A stretch of DNA of 64,000 nt, from the NCBI GenBank assembly GCA_041674805.1, contig JBAYVA010000001.1, positions 390,612 through 454,611 on the forward strand, read 5' to 3'. This DNA is from Candidatus Magasanikiibacteriota bacterium. Lineage in GTDB: Bacteria > Patescibacteriota > Patescibacteriia > Magasanikbacterales > UBA922. The notes under the pieces are model-generated. The model did no database searches and was not told the origin of the DNA. It worked only from the letters and a program-made list of their open reading frames with translations. Below, piece after piece: positions 18,175-27,331 of the stretch. How positions within the stretch are numbered: the first letter of the stretch is position 1; every line of letters begins with the position of its first letter. Position numbers and translations under genes: made by a program.

Positions 18175-18870
18175 TCATTTCCTCAAAATCGTCACCACAT
18201 TATTCCCCTTTTTTACATCACTCACTTTCCCTTTCTTAGAATAATAATTTTCTTCTACTTCAAAACCAGCTTCGCTGCAAATCTTATCTAAATACTCAGG
18301 AGTAAAACCATAATAATATCTCTCACCCAATACTTCACCTTGAGGATTCATCCAAGGTACAACGAATTCACCTTCACTCTCCTGCCACTTACCTTTTTCC
18401 ACAGTCTTTTGAGCTGAATCTGAATAAAGATTCCAATTAGTCAGAAGTACTCTACCAGCAGGCTTTAGAATTCTGAACATTTCAGACAAAGCCTGATGTC
18501 TAGTCTCTTCATCTGGCAAATGATGCAAAGTTGCAACACAAAAAACTAAATCAAAACTAGCATCATCAAATGGTAATTTGGTCATTTCTGCCTGAATATA
18601 TTTATTGTTCGGAAAGTCCTTCTTAGCCTCAGCTAATTGTCCCTCACTTTGGTCCAAACCTATGTAATCTATAGAGTCTTGAAATTTTGCGAAAATCTGA
18701 TATAATCTGCCAGTACCACAACCAAGATCTAAGATCTTCAAGTTTGGCTTGATATACTTTTCAAAAGGTCTCAAATCATCCCAAATATATTGTCTAGTAC
18801 TAGCAAAAAGAGGTGCAATAATATCATAAACTTCCCTATTTTGCTCAATTATTTTTTTTATTCGTGTCAT
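18175..18870 (-). CDS. Class I SAM methyltransferase, Trm9/ALKBH8-like
   Basis: VYDIIAPLFASTR...W, LDLGCGTG, VATLHH, FVVPW, RYYY. Confidence 0.75.
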   Translation of the reverse strand: MTRIKKIIEQNREVYDIIAPLFASTRQYIWDDLRPFEKYIKPNLKILDLGCGTGRLYQIFAKFQDSIDYIGLDQSEGQLAEAKKDFPNNKYIQAEMTKLPFDDASFDLVFCVATLHHLPDEETRHQALSEMFRILKPAGRVLLTNWNLYSDSAQKTVEKGKWQESEGEFVVPWMNPQGEVLGERYYYGFTPEYLDKICSEAGFEVEENYYSKKGKVSDVKKGNNVVTILRK

Positions 18871-18880
18871 ATTTTTTAAA

Positions 18881-20566
18881 ATGGAAAAAACTTTAGAAGA
18901 AATTTTATTAGAAATAATATCTTACCATCCCAAAACTAAGGATGATTTTAATGATGCTCGCCGTCGAATTTGTGGTAAATTGAAAACAGTCCAACCTTCC
19001 AACATGAAGCTTTTTACAGCTTACCAGAATTTGTTAAAAAAGAAAAGTATTACCATTGACAAAAACTTAGAATTACTTCTACGCAAAGCCGATATTCGCT
19101 CAATGTCTGGTGTTGCTATTATCACTTCTCTCATCAAACCTTACACTTGCCCTGGACAATGTATCTACTGCCCGACTGAAGTAAAAATGCCAAAAAGTTA
19201 CATTGCTACTGAACCAGCGGCTGCCCGTGCGCTTGCTCTAGCTTTTAGTCCTTACAGACAAATGCAAATGCGCCTAGACATGCTCGAAAAAACTGGTCAT
19301 CCAACTGACAAAATAGAATATATTTTGAAAGGCGGAACTTGGAATGCTTATCCTCTTCGTTACCAATATTGGTTTATTTTAGAATCTTTCAAAGCTTGCA
19401 ATGATCTGACAAGGAAAACACCAACCAAAGCTACGTTGGAAAAAGACTGGAAAGAAAAAACTCTGGAAGATTTACAAAATGCTTTGAAAATTGAACAAGA
19501 GTACAATGACAAAAAAGCTAAACACAAAATCATTGGCCTGACTCTCGAAACTCGTCCCGACGCTATTTCCCCAAAAACAATTTGGCATATGCGAGAACAA
19601 GGTTGTACTCGTATTGAACTTGGTCTCCAAGCTCCAGATGACAAAATTCTTGAACTAGTAAAACGTGGCCACACTGTCGAACAATTTCGCCAAGCTATTT
19701 TACTTTTGCGCCAAGCTGGTTTCAAAGTAGATTTGCATTTCATGCCAGATTTGCCAGGTACGACCGCCAAACACGATGTGGAGATGTACGCCAGTTTGTT
19801 TACTGACGAAGGTCTAAAACCTGACATGGTGAAAATTTATCCGTGTACTGTTATCAAAAGTGCCGAGCTATATGGCTGGTTTGAATCTGGTAAATACAAA
19901 CCTTATGCTAGCCAAGATTTGTTCAACGCTATACTTGAAATGAAAAAGTTAACTCCTTATTACTGCCGTATTTCTCGTCTTATTCGTGACATTCCTAGCA
20001 ACGAAATCGAAGGTGGAAATGCTATTACCAATCTTCGTGAAGCTCTAGAAAAAGAATTACACAAGCAAGGTGACTATTGCAAATGTTTACGTTGTCGCGA
20101 AGTCGGACATTCCGAAAAAATTCACAAAATAAAAGCAGACAAATTAATACCCCAACTTTTTGTCGAAGAATTTCAAACTCGTGGTGGACGAGAATTTTTC
20201 TTGAGTTTGGAAGATGAAGAACGTCGTATAGTCTTTGCTTTCTTGCGTCTTCGTCTACCAGAATATAATGACCAAATAAAAAAATCTGAAATACTTGAAA
20301 AATACCTTGGCCTTGGTGATTTGAAAAAATTAGCTTACGTCCGCGAACTTCATACTTACGGACAACTCGTCAACGTCGGTGACAAAAACAAGTCAGCCTC
20401 ACAACACAAAGGAATGGGAACAAAACTAGTCAAAGAAGCTGACAAAATTGCTAGAGAAAATGGTTACACAAAAATTGCTGTAATTTCTGGTGTTGGTGTA
20501 CGATCTTATTATCGAAAATTTGGCTATAAAAAAATTGGCACATATATGGCCAAAAATCTAAAATAG
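18881..20566 (+). CDS. elp3: Elp3 family tRNA U34 acetyltransferase (radical SAM + GNAT)
   Basis: RSMSGVA, CPGQCIYCP, KGGTW, ETRPD, RLIRDIP, VRELHTYG, QHKGMG, VISGVGVRSYY. Confidence 0.93.
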   Translation: MEKTLEEILLEIISYHPKTKDDFNDARRRICGKLKTVQPSNMKLFTAYQNLLKKKSITIDKNLELLLRKADIRSMSGVAIITSLIKPYTCPGQCIYCPTEVKMPKSYIATEPAAARALALAFSPYRQMQMRLDMLEKTGHPTDKIEYILKGGTWNAYPLRYQYWFILESFKACNDLTRKTPTKATLEKDWKEKTLEDLQNALKIEQEYNDKKAKHKIIGLTLETRPDAISPKTIWHMREQGCTRIELGLQAPDDKILELVKRGHTVEQFRQAILLLRQAGFKVDLHFMPDLPGTTAKHDVEMYASLFTDEGLKPDMVKIYPCTVIKSAELYGWFESGKYKPYASQDLFNAILEMKKLTPYYCRISRLIRDIPSNEIEGGNAITNLREALEKELHKQGDYCKCLRCREVGHSEKIHKIKADKLIPQLFVEEFQTRGGREFFLSLEDEERRIVFAFLRLRLPEYNDQIKKSEILEKYLGLGDLKKLAYVRELHTYGQLVNVGDKNKSASQHKGMGTKLVKEADKIARENGYTKIAVISGVGVRSYYRKFGYKKIGTYMAKNLK

Positions 20567-20580
20567 TCTATTACAAAGTT

Positions 20581-20610
20581 CACGGGGGCTGTCATATCGA
20601 GCATCCCCCG
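20581..20610 (-). terminator. GC-rich hairpin between convergent genes
   Basis: CGGGGG...CCCCCG stem. Confidence 0.45.
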
Positions 20611-20790
20611 TTAGTTCTCCTCGTCCTTCTCGTACAGGCTACATTCCTGTATCCTGCGTCGAATGTACACCTCCATCAACTTGCGGTATTCCCGCCGTTG
20701 TTTTTTGAAGTGCTCAGACGATTTGAATGAACCATTTTGCGTACTGAAATTCAATAGCTTAATCAACAATTGCCTCGTTCTCCTGTTCAT
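20611..20790 (-). CDS. Small basic hypothetical protein
   Basis: MNRRTRQLL... with a GGGGG SD-like tract upstream; higher GC than the flanks. Confidence 0.45.
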   Translation of the reverse strand: MNRRTRQLLIKLLNFSTQNGSFKSSEHFKKQRREYRKLMEVYIRRRIQECSLYEKDEEN

Positions 20791-20896
20791 AGCCTTACCC
20801 CCTTGGTCGGCTGTGCTTGCTTCCATTAGACCACAAAAATGCAAATCTGTAAAATATTTGCTTCACATTTTAAAAAATGATAAAATTAAACTAATA

Positions 20897-20943
20897 AAAA
20901 GCCTTTCTAGCATTTCAAGCTTTTTAGGCCTTTCTAGCTTTTA
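20897..20943. repeat. Solo 9-nt right arm before the NUDIX start
   Basis: gcctttcta-gcatttcaa-gctttttag-gcctttcta-gctttt; same family as 16153-16260. Confidence 0.8.
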
Positions 20944-20948
20944 ACCAT

Positions 20949-21359
20949 ATGATTTTACCTCCAAACTCAATCATTGCCTCTGGCCCTGTCATCATCGAAG
21001 ATGGCAAAGTTTTACTCAACAAAGAAATCAAAGAATCTGGTATTACACCTTGGTTTTTCCCAGGTGGTGAAGTGGAAAGCTTTGATATCAATCTCGAAGA
21101 AGCCTGCAAACGTGAAGCCAAAGAAGAAGTTGGTATTGATGTAGAAATAATAAAACCACTAGACACTTTGCTACACAAAAAATCTGATGGCAGTTTAGTA
21201 ATACTTGTTCATTATTTAGCTAACAGAATTGGTGAAATTAAGAAAGGTGAAAATATTTCCGAAGTTGCCTGGCATGATATAAATAATTTGCCTGATGATT
21301 GTGCTCCTAATGTTAAAATGATAATCTCAAAATATATTGAACGAGGTGTTAGAGAATAA
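20949..21359 (+). CDS. NUDIX hydrolase
   Basis: FPGGEVE...EEACKREAKEEVG. Confidence 0.9.
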   Translation: MILPPNSIIASGPVIIEDGKVLLNKEIKESGITPWFFPGGEVESFDINLEEACKREAKEEVGIDVEIIKPLDTLLHKKSDGSLVILVHYLANRIGEIKKGENISEVAWHDINNLPDDCAPNVKMIISKYIERGVRE

Positions 21360-21815
21360 CACAAATAAACCACAAATAGACACAAATTATGGAGGGAGAT
21401 AATAATGTTTATAAAGAACTATCTTATGTTGTAAATGGTATATTCTTTCAAGTTCAAAATGAACTTGGTACTAATTTTCAAGAAAAGCACTACGTAAGAG
21501 CTGTTGCAACTTTGCTTATAAAAAAAGGAATACCTTTTGAATTAGAATATCCTTTCAAAGTAACTTACAATGGTCAATTCTTAGGGAAATTTCAAGCCGA
21601 CATGCTAATAGATAAAAAAATAATTGTTGAATTTAAAACAGTACCATTTTTGAATAATAATCACAGACAACAATTGTTGAGATATGTAAAATCTCTAAAC
21701 GTAAAACTTGGTTTATTAGTAAATTTCAGAGAATACCCTCTTAAAATAATAAGAATCGCAAATTAAAATATAAAATTAACTAGAAACATTTGTGTATATT
21801 TGTGCACATTTGTAC
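21354..21815. mobile_element. Candidate repeat-armed cassette carrying a GxxExxY gene
   Basis: Left arm of about 10-nt CACAAAT units at 21354-21388 and inverted right arm of ATTTGTG units at 21787-21815. Mobility is inferred, not shown. Confidence 0.55.
21389..21766 (+). CDS. GxxExxY family protein (PD-(D/E)xK nuclease fold)
   Basis: ELSY...ELGTNFQEKHY, ADMLIDKKIIVEFK, QLLRY, GLLVNF. Confidence 0.88.
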   Translation: MEGDNNVYKELSYVVNGIFFQVQNELGTNFQEKHYVRAVATLLIKKGIPFELEYPFKVTYNGQFLGKFQADMLIDKKIIVEFKTVPFLNNNHRQQLLRYVKSLNVKLGLLVNFREYPLKIIRIAN

Positions 21816-21829
21816 TATCCTATAACTCT

Positions 21830-23083
21830 ATGAACAAACAATCCCTACAAAACTTTGACCCACAAATTCACCAAGCAATAAAAAATGAATTACGCCGTCA
21901 AGAAGAAGGCCTAGAAATGATCCCTTCAGAAAACTTCGTCTCCCCTGCAGTACTTGAAGCACTAGGCTCTGTCACAACCAACAAATACTCCGAAGGCTAC
22001 CCAGGCAAAAGATATTATGGTGGCTGTGAAAATATTGATATTATTGAACAACTAGCCATTGACCGAGCCAAACAATTGTTTGGGGCAGAGCATGTCAATG
22101 TCCAACCTTTGTCAGGTGCACCAGCTAATATCGCCGTCTATTTTGCATTACTCAATCCTGGCGATACTATTCTTGGCATGGACTTATCTCATGGTGGACA
22201 TCTTACTCACGGACACCCTGTCACTCACATGACCAAAGTTTTCAACTTTATCCGTTACAAAACAAATGCTGAAGGAAAAATTGATTTAGAAAATTTGCGT
22301 CAAATGGCAATAGAACACAAACCAAAATTAATTCTTGTTGGCTATAGTGCCTATTCACGTGAAATTGAATATGAAAAAATAAAAGCTATTGCGGACGAAG
22401 TCGGAGCGATGACCATGGCCGATATTGCACATATCGCTGGATTAATCGCTGGCGGACAGATGAACAATCCTGTACCAATTTTTGACGTCGTGACAACTAC
22501 AACACACAAAACTTTGCGTGGACCTCGTGGTGGTATGATTATGTGTAAAGAAAAATTTGGGAAACTTATTGATAAATCTGTTTTCCCAGGTTTTCAAGGT
22601 GGACCTCACGAAAATAATATTGCTGGCAAAGCTATCGCTTTCAAAGAAGCTCTTGAACCAGAATTCAAAGAATACGCTATCCAAATAAAAAAGAATGCTA
22701 AAGTCCTTGAACACCAATTTGACTCAATGGGATATAAACTAATGTTTGGTGGTACAGATAATCACCTACTTCTTATTGACGTCACTCCAAAAGGCGTGAC
22801 TGGCGCACAAGCTGAAAAAGCTTTGGACAAAGCCGGTATTACCGTCAACAAAAATATGATCCCCGATGATCCTCGTAGTCCGATGGATCCAAGTGGAATT
22901 AGACTTGGTACTCCTGCTCTGACTACTCGCGGTTTCAAAGAAGCTGAAATGGAAATTGTAGCTGGTATGATTGATAGAGCCATTACTAATTTTGAAAATG
23001 ATGCTGAATTAGAAAAAATTAGACAGGAAGTAAAAGAATTGACTTCACACTTTCCGTTGTATCCTGAGTTAAAACAAAACTAG
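21830..23083 (+). CDS. glyA: Serine hydroxymethyltransferase
   Basis: [45 protein letters not shown] 21830 chosen because the track start lies within the repeat. Confidence 0.97.
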   Translation: MNKQSLQNFDPQIHQAIKNELRRQEEGLEMIPSENFVSPAVLEALGSVTTNKYSEGYPGKRYYGGCENIDIIEQLAIDRAKQLFGAEHVNVQPLSGAPANIAVYFALLNPGDTILGMDLSHGGHLTHGHPVTHMTKVFNFIRYKTNAEGKIDLENLRQMAIEHKPKLILVGYSAYSREIEYEKIKAIADEVGAMTMADIAHIAGLIAGGQMNNPVPIFDVVTTTTHKTLRGPRGGMIMCKEKFGKLIDKSVFPGFQGGPHENNIAGKAIAFKEALEPEFKEYAIQIKKNAKVLEHQFDSMGYKLMFGGTDNHLLLIDVTPKGVTGAQAEKALDKAGITVNKNMIPDDPRSPMDPSGIRLGTPALTTRGFKEAEMEIVAGMIDRAITNFENDAELEKIRQEVKELTSHFPLYPELKQN

Positions 23084-23091
23084 TCAAAAAA

Positions 23092-23167
23092 ATATTTGTG
23101 TATATTTGTGAACATTTGTGATATAAAAACGTGAATAACACAAATAAATCACAAATATACACAAATT
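23092..23167. repeat. Inverted pair of 10-nt arms in right-then-left order
   Basis: (ATTTGTG)x3 then (CACAAAT)x3; 23133-23167 matches 21354-21388 at 33 of 35 nt. Confidence 0.88.
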
Positions 23168-23182
23168 TTTCGCAAACAAAAT

Positions 23183-23629
23183 ATGATTTATACAACAAAA
23201 ACAACCGAAGAAATGATCGCTCTTGGTGAAAAAATAGCTTCCAAACTAAATGGTGGTGATATTATTTTACTCCAAGGTGAACTGGGAGCTGGTAAAACTA
23301 CGATGTCAAAAGGTATTGCCAAAGGACTTAGCATCACTGACGAAATTGTCAGTCCAACTTTTACACTGATGAATGTTTATAATGTAGTCGAAAGTCAAAA
23401 GTCTAATGTCAAAAGTCTAGTACACATTGATACTTACAGACTAGAAAGTGAAGAAAATTTAATTGAGATAGGCGTTGAAGATTATTTAGGAGAACCTGAT
23501 GTAGTTACCATTATTGAATGGCCAGAAAAAATAAAAGACTTGATTAGTAATAAAAAAACAATAGAAATTTCTATTGTTAAGCAAGATGATAATAGTCGAG
23601 AGATTACGATTGTTCCTGAGATTTTTTAA
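23183..23629 (+). CDS. tsaE: tRNA threonylcarbamoyladenosine biosynthesis ATPase
   Basis: GELGAGKTT, SPTFTL, HIDTYRL, IIEWPE. Confidence 0.95.
   Translation: MIYTTKTTEEMIALGEKIASKLNGGDIILLQGELGAGKTTMSKGIAKGLSITDEIVSPTFTLMNVYNVVESQKSNVKSLVHIDTYRLESEENLIEIGVEDYLGEPDVVTIIEWPEKIKDLISNKKTIEISIVKQDDNSREITIVPEIF
23387..23420. repeat. 7-nt degenerate tandem repeat in frame within tsaE
   Basis: gtcgaaa-gtcaaaa-gtctaat-gtcaaaa-gtctag, encoding VESQKSNVKSL. Confidence 0.8.
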
Positions 23630-24176
23630 CTTCCCAAAGTTTCTTATCTCTTAGAGAATAAGAACAACCACAATAATCTTGTCTATAAATATTCATATCA
23701 CAAACAAGCTGATTACTGCGTTCTTGTCTCCCCTTTTTCTTCCAATCTTCAACAAAATATTCTACTCCATATTTTTCTTGTAAAGACAAACCAATCGGAC
23801 TAATCACGTCCGATTTTTTGTTGCGACCAAAAGTGAGACTACTAGACCAGATATCAAAATTATTTTCCTTAGCATATTTTGCAGCTACATCCATTCGCAT
23901 ACGAAAGCAAAGAGGACAACGCTTTCCTGACTCTGGTTCATTTTCCAGTCCTTTGGTAATATCAAACCAACGCTCTGCATCATAATCAGCATCTATCATC
24001 TCGATTCCCCACTCGGTACAAACTTTTATTACTTGTTCTTTACGTTTCAAATATTCTGTTTGTGGGTGAATATTTGGATTATAAAAAAAGACAGTCACAG
24101 CAAACTGTGATTTCAATTCTTCAATAACAGCGATGCTACATGGAGCACAACAAGTATGTAACAAGAATTTTCGCAT
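23604..24176 (-). CDS. queH: Epoxyqueuosine reductase QueH
   Basis: LLHTCCAPCS, FYNPNIHP, RCPLC, YRQDYCGC. Confidence 0.92.
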   Translation of the reverse strand: MRKFLLHTCCAPCSIAVIEELKSQFAVTVFFYNPNIHPQTEYLKRKEQVIKVCTEWGIEMIDADYDAERWFDITKGLENEPESGKRCPLCFRMRMDVAAKYAKENNFDIWSSSLTFGRNKKSDVISPIGLSLQEKYGVEYFVEDWKKKGRQERSNQLVCDMNIYRQDYCGCSYSLRDKKLWEVKKSQEQS

Positions 24177-24197
24177 AAAAAATTTTATTTAAAAAAG

Positions 24198-24298
24198 ATA
24201 CAAGAAACAAGTAACAAACAAATTTAAAATTACAAATTCCAAATCAACTTATCCGTAAATCTGTATTCCACCCAAGGCGGACAAGTATCCGTAATATG
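24198..24298. repeat. Composite repeat spacer: ACAA-rich arm plus an ATCCG arm interrupted by a mini-palindrome
   Basis: atccgtaaatctgtatt[ccacccaaggcggacaagt]atccgta compared with the uninterrupted copy at 46916-46939. Confidence 0.65.
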
Positions 24299-24305
24299 TA
24301 TGTTT

Positions 24306-24926
24306 TTATTTCTTAAAATAATCTAAAACATTTTTATAAACATCTTCCCAAGTCAAACAAGAAACAACATTAGCATTTGATTTTATTTCTACATGATCAT
24401 ACAAAAATAGAACACCTTTATACTCTTCACCTAAAGCTTCTGCTAATTTTGGATTATCATCTATAATACCCAAAACTTGAGGGTACATATCTTTTAAGAT
24501 ATTAGCTTTCCATTCATTACCACCCAAAGTTTCGTCATTAGGTTTACAAATTAATTCAGCTTTTGGAAAATTATGTTTATCAAGCCAGTATTTAGTACCT
24601 TCAGCGACAATTTCTGGTCTAGCTGTAATATAAGCAACCACTGGGATTAATTCATTTATTTTTTGTAATAAATGATTGGAATTTTCTATTAAGAGTAATT
24701 CTTTTTGCAATTCATTATCTTTTAATTTTCCATCCAACCAGTTAGATATTTCTTCTGTTTGCCAATATGGAACTTGATGTGTATATCGATATTTTTTCTT
24801 TATTTCTTCTGAAGACAAATTTTCAGGATTAGCTAATTTAGTTATTTCTTCAAACCAATACTTTGTAGTATCAGATAATGTTTCATCAATATCAACAGCA
24901 ATACCTTGTTTTGTTAATTTAAGCAT
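24306..24926 (-). CDS. HAD-superfamily 5'(3')-nucleotidase-like protein
   Basis: AVDIDETL, YITARP, IIDDNP. Confidence 0.75.
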   Translation of the reverse strand: MLKLTKQGIAVDIDETLSDTTKYWFEEITKLANPENLSSEEIKKKYRYTHQVPYWQTEEISNWLDGKLKDNELQKELLLIENSNHLLQKINELIPVVAYITARPEIVAEGTKYWLDKHNFPKAELICKPNDETLGGNEWKANILKDMYPQVLGIIDDNPKLAEALGEEYKGVLFLYDHVEIKSNANVVSCLTWEDVYKNVLDYFKK

Positions 24927-24975
24927 AAAATATTATTTTAAAAATAAATTTAGTATTATTCGTAAAATTGGTATA

Positions 24976-26199
24976 TTACTTACTAAAATAATCTTTACCC
25001 TTCAACTCTTTCGGCAAATAATCCTGTTCAACTTCTCCTTCAAAATCTGGATTATATTTATAATCTTTACCATAACCAATATTTTTCATAAATTTTGTAG
25101 GGGCATTTCGCAAATGAATTGGTACACCAAGATGAGAAGTATTGCGAGCGTCAGTTGCTGCTTTGCCATAAGCAGTATAGAGCAAATTGGATTTTTTTGA
25201 CTTGGCACAATATACCACAGCTTGAGCCAGGTGTACAGCACACTCGGGCATACCAAGCTTGTGACAAGCGTCATAAGCGGCATTGGACTGAATCATTGCC
25301 TCACTATTAGCCATACCAATATCTTCACTCGCAAAACGCAAAACACGTCTGGCAACATAAAGTGGATCTACACCGCCTTCCAGCATCCGAGCCAACCAAT
25401 ATAAAGCAGCGTTAGCATCACTACCACGCATAGATTTGTGCAAAGCTGAAATAATATTATAAAATTCTTCACCATTTTTGTCGAACACCAAATGTGTTCG
25501 CTGTAAGGCTTCTTTGATATCTTCCTTGATCAACTTTGTTTTTTTCAGATTTTTCTTGTACTTAGCACGAAAAGCAAGCTCCAAAGCATTCAAAGCTGAC
25601 CTCGCATCACCCTGACACAAATCAGCCAGCAAATCCGAAGTCTCGTCTTCAAGCTCAATTTCAAAATTTCCCAATCCCCTGTCTTTGTCAGACAAAGCAT
25701 GCTTCAACAATTTCTTCACATCTTCATTTTCCAACTTTTTCAAAATAAAAACCCGTGAACGTGAAAGTAAAGGTCCAATAATTTCAAAACTAGGATTCTC
25801 GGTCGTCGCACCAATCATGATAATACTTCCCCTCTCTACGTATGGTAAAAGTGTATCTTGTTGAGCCTTGCTCCAGCGATGAATCTCGTCTATAAATAAT
25901 ACTGTTTTTTCATTATTTTCCTGCAAATTCTTTTCAGCTTCTTTGACAGCTTTGAGCAAATCTTTCTTACCGCTCTCGACAGCCGACAAGCCCACAAATC
26001 TAGCTTTGGTGGACTGAGCTATGATATAAGCCAAACTGGTCTTACCAACACCAGGAGGACCCCAAAAAACAAGCGAAGACAGCTGATCTGTTTCAATCAA
26101 CTTACGAAGTAGTTTACCTTCTCCCACGATTTCTTCTTGTCCGAAGAATTCATCGAAGTTGGCAGGTCGCATTTTGTCGGCGAGGGGGCGTGATTCCAT
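24976..26199 (-). CDS. rarA: Replication-associated recombination protein A
   Basis: PLADKMRP, WGPPGVGKT, FIDEIHR, GATTENP, ISALHKSMRGSD, ASEDIG. Confidence 0.95.
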   Translation of the reverse strand: MESRPLADKMRPANFDEFFGQEEIVGEGKLLRKLIETDQLSSLVFWGPPGVGKTSLAYIIAQSTKARFVGLSAVESGKKDLLKAVKEAEKNLQENNEKTVLFIDEIHRWSKAQQDTLLPYVERGSIIMIGATTENPSFEIIGPLLSRSRVFILKKLENEDVKKLLKHALSDKDRGLGNFEIELEDETSDLLADLCQGDARSALNALELAFRAKYKKNLKKTKLIKEDIKEALQRTHLVFDKNGEEFYNIISALHKSMRGSDANAALYWLARMLEGGVDPLYVARRVLRFASEDIGMANSEAMIQSNAAYDACHKLGMPECAVHLAQAVVYCAKSKKSNLLYTAYGKAATDARNTSHLGVPIHLRNAPTKFMKNIGYGKDYKYNPDFEGEVEQDYLPKELKGKDYFSK

Positions 26200-26318
26200 A
26201 AAATTAGTTAATAATCATCTTCTAGATTAGCACTTTACAGAGTAATTTTCAAGTATTAAAAATTTTGCTTTTTATGGTATTTCTGGTATTATTAAAATAA
26301 TAAAATACTAAAAAAAAT

Positions 26319-27257
26319 ATGATATTTATATATATACTAATAATTTTTACTTTATTCATCATATTAGGTATTTCAGCAGATGTTACTGTAAATAATATAA
26401 AAAAAATAGCTTCAACCTTAAAATTAAAACTTTTTACTTTTGGTATAATATTAGGAATAATAACAACTTTACCAGAAATTTTTTTAGGAATAAACGCGAC
26501 TTTTGATAATATCGCATCTGTATCAATAGGAAATTTATTGGGAGGTATTATTATTTTATTTGGTCTAGTATTAGGTTTAATATTGATACTAAATAATAAA
26601 ATAAAAACTGACGACAGATTTGATTTGATTTTACCACAACTATTAGTTATTTTTTCTCCTATCTTATTAGGTCTTGATGGTGTTTACAACTTATTAGACG
26701 GTTTAATAATGGTTGGATTATACGTTGGACTAATATTATATTTATATAAATCAAATAAATCTTTAGAAAAAATTCCTAATGAAAAAATACTTTTTCATAA
26801 AACACACCTAACAAAAGCTATTATATTTTCAATATTAGGTATATCAACCATATTAATATCTTCTCATTGGATAATAGAATATACACTAAAAATATTAAAT
26901 TCTGTAAAAGTAGAACAAATATTACTTGGCACAATAATTTTTGCAATTGGTACCAATTTACCTGAGATTACCATAGCTTTTACATCATGGCTTAAAAAAA
27001 GTTCTGAGTTATCACTAAGTCACATTTTGAGTTCAGCTTTTACAAATATTTTTGTTTTAGGTATTTTATCTATTATAAAACCAATTTTTTTTACAATTAA
27101 TACACATTTCTTATTATTAATTTTATTTTTGACAATATTTTTAATTTTATTTCTTATTTTTTACCATAGTGAAAAAAAATTAGATCGTAAAGAAGGTGTG
27201 ATATTTGTTGTTACTTACATAATTTTTTTAATAGTAACTCTTTATAGTGGTAAATAA
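26319..27257 (+). CDS. Sodium:calcium antiporter family protein
   Basis: About 10 TM segments with two alpha repeats, TTLPEI and GTNLPEI. Confidence 0.85.
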   Translation: MIFIYILIIFTLFIILGISADVTVNNIKKIASTLKLKLFTFGIILGIITTLPEIFLGINATFDNIASVSIGNLLGGIIILFGLVLGLILILNNKIKTDDRFDLILPQLLVIFSPILLGLDGVYNLLDGLIMVGLYVGLILYLYKSNKSLEKIPNEKILFHKTHLTKAIIFSILGISTILISSHWIIEYTLKILNSVKVEQILLGTIIFAIGTNLPEITIAFTSWLKKSSELSLSHILSSAFTNIFVLGILSIIKPIFFTINTHFLLLILFLTIFLILFLIFYHSEKKLDRKEGVIFVVTYIIFLIVTLYSGK

Positions 27258-27266
27258 TTTGTTTAC

Positions 27267-27295
27267 AAAAACAGTCACTTTCCGTGACTGTTTTT
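27267..27295. terminator. Bidirectional terminator
   Basis: AAAAACAGTCAC-tttcc-GTGACTGTTTTT between convergent genes. Confidence 0.8.
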
Positions 27296-27305
27296 AATTT
27301 CTATT

Positions 27306-27331
27306 AACTAAGAACTCCGAACCAAGAACTA
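27306..27331. repeat. Solo 7-nt arm including the pyrG stop codon
   Basis: Minus strand TAGttcttggttcggagttcttagtt, similar to 55394-55423. Confidence 0.7.

Noticed and set aside
20581-20620. GGGGGCTG...TCGA resemblance to a tmRNA or tRNA 5' end
   Set aside because: No T-arm, matching acceptor 3' end or CCA was found; a simple hairpin explains it.
26319-27257. Very low GC of the antiporter gene as a genomic island
   Set aside because: It is a single gene, its Ile/Leu/Phe-rich composition explains much of the bias, and no mobility signatures were seen.
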